This document shows, piece by piece, positions 1-12,394 of a DNA stretch of 64,000 bases. Under the pieces are notes generated by a model that searched no databases, was not told the origin of the DNA, and worked only from the letters and a program-made list of their open reading frames with translations. A program made the position numbers and the translations under genes. Numbering within the stretch: position 1 is the stretch's first letter; each line of letters starts with the position of its first letter. The stretch covers positions 186,001 through 250,000 of the forward strand of contig CAXBME010000003.1 of the NCBI GenBank assembly GCA_963976765.1. The letters are read 5' to 3'. The stretch comes from an uncultured Planctomycetaceae bacterium. Its GTDB lineage: Bacteria > Planctomycetota > Planctomycetia > Planctomycetales > Planctomycetaceae.

Positions 1-600
<600 letters not shown>

Positions 601-675
601 TGCTCCTGCTCACTTTCTATCTGTTGCTCTAACTCGTGCTTTGTAGGCGTATTATTGGGAAGGTTTGTCGCCTTC

Positions 676-735
676 GCAGAGTGCGTCTTGACGCACCTTT
701 CCGATGCAACGGTTCATGGTGCGTCAAGACGCACC
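676..735. repeat. REP-like palindromic doublet (GTGCGTCTTGACGCACC ... GGTGCGTCAAGACGCAC)
   Basis: Two 17-nt self-palindromic units in inverted orientation (681-697, 718-734) in the gltB-gltD spacer; degenerate second copy at 56562-56625. Confidence 0.75.
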
Positions 736-746
736 ATGATCAAGTT

Positions 747-5432
<4,686 letters not shown>

Positions 5433-5588
5433 CGAAATACTCTCGCTTTACTAACTTACTGCTTACGATGCGTCTTGTTTGCTTTCGTGCTCGTCGAGAA
5501 TCTCTTCGTGAGACGCTCTTCAAACTGGCAAGGCCGGACCTTCTGATTCACAGAAATCAGAAGGGAGACCGGTCTTCCGCTTCAACGA

Positions 5589-6569
5589 TCATGCTGAAGC
5601 ATTTTCTTTTCGGTCGCGATTCCCTGCGCGATCCTCGCGGGAAGACTTTTGATGATCAGTGTCCCGCAGCGAATTCAGGTTTTCATGGATCAACTCCACA
5701 AACCTGTTGGCTGCGTTACTGAGCCTTCGATTCCGCTTATGAATGATGCCGAGCGGCCTGAACCACTCGACGTTTGAAAGTTTGAGACTGACCAATGTGC
5801 CGGTCTCAACACTCCGCTTTACAGTTGCTTCTGGAAGCAACGCAACTCCGACGCCGTCTTCAACCGCTCGCCGGACCTGTTCCACGTTGTCGAATTCGTG
5901 AATCACGTTCGGGGAAACTCCCGCCTCACGCAGCCAACGATCGAGCTGATTTCTGACCCTCAGCTCAGACGTAAAGTTCACGAAGTCCTCATCCTGGATC
6001 GCCTCAATCGGTGCGGAATCGTACCCTTCGGATGCTCGTTTCGCCAGCGGATGGTCTGGATGGACAATCAGAGCGATTGGCTGCTCCTGCCAGGGAATCG
6101 TTGCGAATTCCGACGTATCTTCCGGAAAGGAGACGAGACCAATATCAGCACTTTCTGAACGAATTCGTTCGTAAACTTGATCCGGGTGAACATAGTCAAC
6201 CCGCAGTTCAACGTCCGGATAGGCATCTTCAAAATGATGAACGTACAAGTCCATCTGCAAAAGACCGACTGAGTAAATCGCGGCGACTCTGAGCCGGCCT
6301 GCGACGCTGCCTGCGAGTTGTCGGACCTCTGCCTCCAGCCTCTCGAATCCGGTCAGCAGTTCGCGACACCCGTCAAAATAATGCTGCCCGGCTGGTGTCA
6401 GAGCCAGTGGCCGGTGACTCCGGTCGATCAGTTCAATTCCGAGCTGCTTTTCGAGGTGTGCAACTGCCTGGCTGACGGTCGACTGGGACACTCCCTGCCG
6501 CTCCGCCGCTTTCGAAAAGTTGCGGCACTCTGCGACTTCGCAGAAGAGCTCGAAATTGCGAAACGACAT
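5589..6569 (-). CDS. LysR-family transcriptional regulator
   Basis: N-terminal LysR HTH (NFSKAAERQGVSQSTVSQAVAHLEKQLGIELIDR...LTPAG) plus substrate-binding domain; upstream of and co-oriented with gltB. Start placed at MSFRNF (alternative 6581). Confidence 0.95.
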   Translation of the reverse strand: MSFRNFELFCEVAECRNFSKAAERQGVSQSTVSQAVAHLEKQLGIELIDRSHRPLALTPAGQHYFDGCRELLTGFERLEAEVRQLAGSVAGRLRVAAIYSVGLLQMDLYVHHFEDAYPDVELRVDYVHPDQVYERIRSESADIGLVSFPEDTSEFATIPWQEQPIALIVHPDHPLAKRASEGYDSAPIEAIQDEDFVNFTSELRVRNQLDRWLREAGVSPNVIHEFDNVEQVRRAVEDGVGVALLPEATVKRSVETGTLVSLKLSNVEWFRPLGIIHKRNRRLSNAANRFVELIHENLNSLRDTDHQKSSREDRAGNRDRKENASA

Positions 6570-6888
6570 TGGCGAGAACAATATAAGAGAACGTTAATAT
6601 CAACCAGGCGATATATTGAAAAACTCAAATAACGATAAGCAGGCCCTGCTGGGCCGTCAAGTATGCACTGACTTCGTCAGGAAACGCGGCGACTTTGTGA
6701 ATGCTCGCCGGACTGAATTTTTCAATTGATTATTTTCAGTTTCGAGTGATGCCAAAGCTGAGTGTACAAAATTGTCAGACACTTGATTATTTGGAATTGT
6801 ATGTTCAGACTCGCCCTGCACTGCACATCGTCGCGAACCTGTGTCAGTGGTCAGAGTGGCTTGAATTGGATAGACGGGACTGCAATCA

Positions 6889-7224
6889 ATGCCGGATATC
6901 ATGATCGAGGTCTGGGATGCGACAGGCAACAAGCGCCAGCAGGTGGAAGTTCCCGTCGATTCTGAAGTGAACCGTGTGATCGCGGTTCTTGTTGACCGAA
7001 TGACGCTGCCGCGGCATAGCCCGGACGGCCAGATGATGAGTTACAAATTTCATCATAAGGCCAGTGGTCGACAGCTTCTCGACACGCAGACGCTCGCCGA
7101 CGCGGGTGTTTCGAACGGCGACATTCTCAGGTTACAACCGGAGATCACTGCGGGAGGGCATGTCCCTCTTCCTGCCAGAAATGCAGATTTGGGCTCAGCC
7201 AGCTCAGGTCGTCGTCATGTCTGA
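6889..7224 (+). CDS. Ubiquitin-like beta-grasp protein (YukD/EsaB-like) with G89-G90 and a 21-aa C-terminal extension
   Basis: Pattern ...SGRQLLDTQTLADAGVSNGDILRLQPEITAGG parallels ubiquitin's GKQLEDGRTLSDYNI...TLHLVLRLRGG; first gene of the cluster, directly upstream of the E1. Confidence 0.88.
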   Translation: MPDIMIEVWDATGNKRQQVEVPVDSEVNRVIAVLVDRMTLPRHSPDGQMMSYKFHHKASGRQLLDTQTLADAGVSNGDILRLQPEITAGGHVPLPARNADLGSASSGRRHV

Positions 7225-8404
7225 CATCATCCGGCTGACCGCCGAAGAAGAAGAAGAAGACGGGCGTTTCTCCCGCTTCGAACTGATCAGCTGGTGGGAT
7301 CAGGATCGTCTGTCGAATGCTCGTGTCGTCGTGATTGGCGCCGGCGCGTTGGGGAATGAGTTACTGAAGAATCTGGCTCTACTGGGAGTCGGGAACGTCT
7401 TCATCGCGGACCTCGATCGGATCGAAAAGTCGAATCTTTCCCGCTCGATTCTTTACCGCGAATCCGACTGCGGACGCATGAAAGCCGACGTTGCAGCGGA
7501 ACGAGCCAGCGAGATTTACTCCGGGCTTCGTACCCAGTCGTTCGTTGGCAACGTTGTGCATGACCTGGGACTTGGCCTGTACCGCTGGGCAGACGTGATT
7601 CTGGGCGGTCTCGATAATCGGGAAGCACGAGTATCGATCAACCAGTCCGCCGCTCGCGTTGGCAAAGTCTGGATTGACGGAGCGATTGAGCGGCTGGATG
7701 GCGTCGCCCGTGTTTTTGACGCAGCCACCGGGCCGTGTTACGAATGTACGATGAGCGATGTTGACTGGAAGATGCTCGAAGCTCGTCGGAGCTGCGCGCT
7801 GTTGACTCGCGAGGAAATGGATCAGGGCAAAGTCCCCACCACACCGACGACCGCGTCCGTCGTCGCCGGCATTCAGACTCAGGAAGCGGTCAAGCTGATT
7901 CACGGGATGCAGACGCTGAGCGGTCAGGGATTCGTATTCGACGGAATGTGGCATCAGAGTTACGTCGTCAACTATACGAAGCTCGACGACTGCCCGGCTC
8001 ACGAATCTTTCGACTCGGTGGAAGAACTGCCGCTGAAAGTTGCTGAAACGCGTGTCGGCGATTTTCTGGAACGCGCGCGGCGCGATGTCGGCCCGCAGGC
8101 GGTGATCGAGGTGAACAGCGACTTGCTGGAATCTCTGACCTGCACGTCGTGCGGCAGGACCGAGCCGATGCACAACTCGCTCGGAAAAGTTACGGAGTCC
8201 CAGGGACGCTGCCCCGGCTGCGGGGAGAACAGAACGCCCAACGTGTACCACACAATCGGCGATCAGACTGCACTTCTCGACTGCACACTGGCCGAGCTGG
8301 GTGTGCCACCGTGGGACATTCTGACCGGTCGCGAAGGACTCAAGCAGAAGCATTACGAATTCAGCGGCGATCGAGAACTGGTCCTGGGGGTGCTCGCACA
8401 TTAG
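7217..8404 (+). CDS. E1-like Ubl-activating enzyme (ThiF/MoeB/UBA family) with an extended C-terminus
   Basis: GAGALG nucleotide-binding loop, DLDRIEKSNLSRS, DVILGGLDNREAR, PCYEC zinc motif, putative catalytic Cys193 (RRSC), extra CTSC/CPGC zinc ribbon. Start reassigned to ATG 7217, overlapping the Ubl stop (ATGTCTGA). Confidence 0.93.
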   Translation: MSDIIRLTAEEEEEDGRFSRFELISWWDQDRLSNARVVVIGAGALGNELLKNLALLGVGNVFIADLDRIEKSNLSRSILYRESDCGRMKADVAAERASEIYSGLRTQSFVGNVVHDLGLGLYRWADVILGGLDNREARVSINQSAARVGKVWIDGAIERLDGVARVFDAATGPCYECTMSDVDWKMLEARRSCALLTREEMDQGKVPTTPTTASVVAGIQTQEAVKLIHGMQTLSGQGFVFDGMWHQSYVVNYTKLDDCPAHESFDSVEELPLKVAETRVGDFLERARRDVGPQAVIEVNSDLLESLTCTSCGRTEPMHNSLGKVTESQGRCPGCGENRTPNVYHTIGDQTALLDCTLAELGVPPWDILTGREGLKQKHYEFSGDRELVLGVLAH

Positions 8405-8495
8405 TCCGAACCCATTTACCGGCGAGGCTCAACCGGAACCACAACTTCAAAGAACGACAACACACAACAACGTCGTCATCAATGAAAGCAGGGCT

Positions 8496-9773
8496 ATGAC
8501 AAAACTCGACGTGACGCAGCTCACGAAGGAAAGTTTGTCGTCCGGATTATTTCCGGCCAGCATGGCGAGCGATTTTCGCCTGTTCTTCCAGCCGGAAGTT
8601 CATACGGAAATTCTCTCGCACGCCGGTGAGGATACGTCGTTCGAAATCTGCGGCATTCTGGTTGGCCGATGGGAGAACGACAGCAACGGTCCTTATGCCG
8701 TCATTTCGAATCGAATTCGCTGTGACAATGCCAGCAGCAAACTGGCCGAAGTGACGTTTACCCACGAATCGTGGGCTCAGATCAATCAGGAAATGGATAC
8801 GAAGTACAGCGATCTGAGAATCATCGGCTGGTACCACTCGCACCCCGACTTCGGCATCTTCCTGTCAGACAGAGATGTCTTCATTCAGGAGAACTTTTTC
8901 TCCGGAGCCGGACAGGTGGCGTTTGTTGTCGACCCGGTTCGGAAAACCGAAGGTGTCTTCGAGTGGCGTAATGGCAAACCCGAGCTGATGTCGCAGTATT
9001 GGGTCGGTAATTCGATCGTGCCTAAAGCTGCCAGCGGAGCCGATGGAATTGTTGCCGCTCGACCAGCTCGCGAGTCGAGAGCTTCGGAGACGCCCGCAGC
9101 AGTTTCACAATCGCATCAGCAGACCTCAGCGGCGCAGGAATCGTCGCTGAGTGTGATGACAACCGTGCTCGGCTGGAGCTGCCTGTTTCTGCTGGGGTAT
9201 TTGCTGGCTTCGCAGCGCAGCAGTTGGGAGCAAACAATGCTGCGCGATGGCGCCGTCGCTCATTACGGACTGTGGAATCTACTGAAGCCCGGATGGGAAG
9301 AGGAGCTGCTGGAAGCACGGTCGGATCTCGACAGCATCGTGAACGACCTGAAAACTCTTTCGGACGATCACGTCAGTTTGAGCGATGGCGACAAAAAAGA
9401 GCTGCGTAACAAGTGGTTGACTATTCGCAAAAAAGTGGCTGCCTCGCAGAAGACGCTTTCCAGCGTGGAAGCGCGCTACGGGCTCAGCAAAGAAGAAAAG
9501 CAGGTCGTCGCGCTGGTGATGTCGCAGAGGCTGGCGGAGATATCCGGTGTCGCTGATCCGGCATTACCGTCTCTTGACCCGCGACTTTCGACACCGCCGC
9601 CTCGATCTGTCGACGACAATAGTTCGAGCCAATCGACAACAAGACCGGCACCTTTAAAGCCGACAACGACGAAATCAGAGCCGGCGGCAAAAAACTTGTC
9701 TGAACGTCGATCGAAACCAGCGAGTCCGGAACCGGCCGGCCCCAAACCGCCGGGAGCGACAAATTCAGAGTAA
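8496..9773 (+). CDS. JAB/MPN+ (JAMM) metallo-isopeptidase with one TM helix, a helical region and a Pro/Ser-rich tail
   Basis: Catalytic Glu in FEICGILVG and complete JAMM motif GWYHSHPDFGIFLSDRD (HxH-x7-S-x2-D); hydrophobic segment VMTTVLGWSCLFLLGYLLA. Confidence 0.92.
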   Translation: MTKLDVTQLTKESLSSGLFPASMASDFRLFFQPEVHTEILSHAGEDTSFEICGILVGRWENDSNGPYAVISNRIRCDNASSKLAEVTFTHESWAQINQEMDTKYSDLRIIGWYHSHPDFGIFLSDRDVFIQENFFSGAGQVAFVVDPVRKTEGVFEWRNGKPELMSQYWVGNSIVPKAASGADGIVAARPARESRASETPAAVSQSHQQTSAAQESSLSVMTTVLGWSCLFLLGYLLASQRSSWEQTMLRDGAVAHYGLWNLLKPGWEEELLEARSDLDSIVNDLKTLSDDHVSLSDGDKKELRNKWLTIRKKVAASQKTLSSVEARYGLSKEEKQVVALVMSQRLAEISGVADPALPSLDPRLSTPPPRSVDDNSSSQSTTRPAPLKPTTTKSEPAAKNLSERRSKPASPEPAGPKPPGATNSE

Positions 9774-9860
9774 CAACATTCGAAACGGGCCTGTTTTATA
9801 TCGTCAGCAACTGGCTGGCCTTGGCATCGGGATTTCGCGGGTGACGAATCGGAGAATCCA

Positions 9861-10928
9861 GTGGCGGACGAAAAGCAAAGCTTGAAAATCACCGCAGCCG
9901 ATCTGCAGGCACCGGTTGTCGAGGAGTATCTCGAAACTCAATCGTGGTTGCAGAAGGATCTCGGCGACATTCAGGAACAGTCCTGGGTCGTGCGAGTTGT
10001 ATATGCCAACTGGTTTTACCTGGCCATCTGCAGTGCCATCGGAGGGATCATCGGCTGGGCGGTGATCGAACCGTTCTTCAGTGACGATCCACTGGTCGAA
10101 GACACCGCCGCCGCTCTGCTGATGTTTCCGGTTGTGGCCGGAAGTATCGGACTGTTTCTGGGAGCGGCGGAAGGGATCATGTGTCGAAACATCACCCGCG
10201 CCTGTGTCAGTGGTGGCGTTGGTCTGGCGGTCGGATTCGCCGGAGGACTGGTTGCCATCATCCCGACCGGGATCATTTTTTCGCTGATGACTGCGATCGC
10301 GTTCAACTTCTGGGAGAACCCCCAGGTGGACGAAATGCCAACCGGTTTTGCATTGCTTATTCTGATGATGGGGCGAGCTGCCGCCTGGTCGGTTGCCGCG
10401 ATTCCTGCCGGCATCGGTCAGGGCACTGCGCTGCGTGAGAAAAAAGTGGTTCTTAATGGCCTGATTGGTGGAGTGCTCGGCGGCCTGGTCGGCGGATTAT
10501 TGTTTGACCCGATCAGCCTCGTTCTGGTCACTGACTCCGGCGAAGCGGCCTACAGTCGTGCTGTCGGATTTGCAGTCATTGGCATGTCGGTCGGGTTGTT
10601 CGTCGGTCTTGTGGAAGGATGGACCCGCACGGCCTGGCTACTCATGAAGAAAGGACCGCTGGCCGGGAAGCAGTTCGTATTGTTCAAGGATGCCACGATT
10701 CTGGGGAGTTCACCCAAGGCCGAAATCTACCTTTTCAAAGACGACGCCATCGAGCCGAAGCACGCTGTGATTTACAACCGCGGAGGACGTTTTGAGATCG
10801 AAGATCAGAATACCCCCGACGGCCTCTACGTGAACGGCATTCCGGTCACCACGCAAATCCTGAAGAGTGGCGACCAGATCGTGCTCGGAAAAACGGTCCT
10901 GGAATTCACGCTGCGGGACACCGATTGA
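9861..10928 (+). CDS. Multi-pass membrane protein with a C-terminal FHA-fold domain
   Basis: About six Gly-rich hydrophobic segments followed by ...TILGSSPKAEIYL...EPKHAVI...IEDQNTPDGLYVNG...LKSGDQIVLG, the FHA pattern. Confidence 0.85.
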   Translation: MADEKQSLKITAADLQAPVVEEYLETQSWLQKDLGDIQEQSWVVRVVYANWFYLAICSAIGGIIGWAVIEPFFSDDPLVEDTAAALLMFPVVAGSIGLFLGAAEGIMCRNITRACVSGGVGLAVGFAGGLVAIIPTGIIFSLMTAIAFNFWENPQVDEMPTGFALLILMMGRAAAWSVAAIPAGIGQGTALREKKVVLNGLIGGVLGGLVGGLLFDPISLVLVTDSGEAAYSRAVGFAVIGMSVGLFVGLVEGWTRTAWLLMKKGPLAGKQFVLFKDATILGSSPKAEIYLFKDDAIEPKHAVIYNRGGRFEIEDQNTPDGLYVNGIPVTTQILKSGDQIVLGKTVLEFTLRDTD

Positions 10929-11057
10929 TGACGCACGCCTCACGCCGCCCGAACGGCATTGCGGTGTCGTTCAGACGAATGCCCGGCAACTCAAACAACG
11001 TTGAAGTCTTAATAATCTCTGATGCCTCACCAGTAGAACTCAAAGGAGCCTGCCCGG

Positions 11058-11606
11058 CCGATCAACGTAACGTGTAATTCCTGCGGAAAATCGCTCAAGG
11101 CCAAAGACTCGGCGGCGGGCAAGCGAGTGAAATGTCCCCAGTGTGGAGACCCGATCAGTATTCCGGATGCGGTTTACGACGCGGAAGAAGTCGGCGGAGG
11201 CGATGAATACTCAGACGACAATTATGGCGATGACTACGGAGATGGGCAGTACGACTACGATGTCTCCAGCGCTCCAGCGGCTGAAAACCGAAAGCCTTGT
11301 CCTGCCTGTGGCGAGATGATCGTCGACGGGGCGGTTAAATGTCGTTTCTGTGGTGAAATCTTTGATGCCGCGTTGAAAAAGAAATCGCGGAAGTCAAAGT
11401 CGGGCGGAGGCGGCGACGACGATGACATGACCACAGGCGACTGGGTTGTCGCGTGTCTGTGTGCAAATATTGGGTGTATTGCCGGCATCGTCTGGATGAT
11501 TCAGGGGAAACCTAAAGGCGTGAAGATGCTTGGCGTCTCGTTCGTCATGCAGTTTGTTTGGGGAGCGATTATCCAGGTCATCAAGATGGCTCAACAGGGA
11601 ATGTAG
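11058..11606 (+). CDS. Double zinc-ribbon membrane protein (start codon unresolved)
   Basis: Frame open from 11037: PINVTCNSCGKSLKAKDSAAGKRVKCPQC, acidic linker, CPAC...CRFC, C-terminal hydrophobic hairpin. The first canonical start (GTG 11127) falls inside the first zinc ribbon. Confidence 0.8.
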   Translation, partial: PINVTCNSCGKSLKAKDSAAGKRVKCPQCGDPISIPDAVYDAEEVGGGDEYSDDNYGDDYGDGQYDYDVSSAPAAENRKPCPACGEMIVDGAVKCRFCGEIFDAALKKKSRKSKSGGGGDDDDMTTGDWVVACLCANIGCIAGIVWMIQGKPKGVKMLGVSFVMQFVWGAIIQVIKMAQQGM

Positions 11607-11611
11607 TTCGC

Positions 11612-12316
11612 ATGGCCGAGTCCGTTGTTGATTGCGAATGCGGCGCCCGAGTCCGCTTGCGCGAGTCATCCCGGCGTCAGGTTCGCTGCCCGAAATGCAG
11701 TGGCGACCTGGCGTTGACTCGTGACGGTCGGGTTGTGCCGTCGTTCAAAGTGGCTACCGGCGAGTCGCAGCCGCTATGCCCCATTTGTCAGACAGGTGTC
11801 ACGGCTGAGGAACTGTGTGTCTCGTGTCCCGAGTGTGCTCAGACTCACCATCGCGAGTGCTGGTGGGAGATGGCCGGTTGCGGAACTTACGGTTGTAAAG
11901 AGGCGCCGGCGGTCGAGAAATCTGAGACCGCTGTCGACACTCCGCTGGCAGCGTGGGGTGATACCAAAAGCTGTCCTGCGTGCGGCGAAGAGATTAAGTC
12001 GATCGCTCTTCGATGCCGTTTCTGCAAAACCAACTTTGATACCGTGGATCCATTGACGGTAACGGATCTGCGGCGGCAGGCCGTTCGCGATGAGAAGGTC
12101 GACAAACTTCAAAAGTCTCTGGTCGCGACTTTCGTCGTCAGCCTGATCGGATGCCTGGCCCCGCTCATGTTGATTATCAGTTGTGTGCTGGTACTGCCAA
12201 ACCGGGATAGTCTGGCGAAATCCAGCCCGCTGTACTGGGTCATGGGTTATGCGTCGCTGGGGCTTTCGGCAATCTATACCGTGCTGATGCTCCTGTTTTT
12301 CCTTGCCGAGTTGTAA
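11612..12316 (+). CDS. Zinc ribbon + prokaryotic RING-like finger + zinc ribbon + 2 TM helices (candidate E3)
   Basis: CEC...CPKC; CPICQ-x11-CPEC-x3-HHRECW...GCGTYGC RING-like ligand pattern; CPAC...CRFC; two C-terminal hydrophobic helices. ATG 11612 lies 5 nt after the previous stop. Confidence 0.82.
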   Translation: MAESVVDCECGARVRLRESSRRQVRCPKCSGDLALTRDGRVVPSFKVATGESQPLCPICQTGVTAEELCVSCPECAQTHHRECWWEMAGCGTYGCKEAPAVEKSETAVDTPLAAWGDTKSCPACGEEIKSIALRCRFCKTNFDTVDPLTVTDLRRQAVRDEKVDKLQKSLVATFVVSLIGCLAPLMLIISCVLVLPNRDSLAKSSPLYWVMGYASLGLSAIYTVLMLLFFLAEL

Positions 12317-12394
12317 TCTCGGCGGGCAAAGTCTCAGCGTTAACGTCCTGCAACCTGTTCGTTTTCCATTATCTGTCTTCGAGGCACGCTTTCG

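Noticed and set aside
7064..7216. ORF-track N-terminal extension of the E1
   Set aside because: It overlaps the Ubl gene in another frame; ATG 7217 coupled to the Ubl stop is the more plausible start.
6889..7224. Type VII secretion (YukD/EsaB) assignment
   Set aside because: No FtsK-like EssC ATPase or WXG100 genes in the window; the context is a conjugation cascade.
7379..8401. 340-aa antisense ORF over the E1
   Set aside because: Shadow ORF on the opposite strand of a well-supported gene in GC-rich DNA; no motifs.
7217..8404. Reading the E1/Ubl pair as MoeB-MoaD or ThiF-ThiS cofactor biosynthesis
   Set aside because: No moaE, thiG or rhodanese partner is present; the neighbours are E2, RING and JAB, and the Ubl has a masked Gly-Gly.
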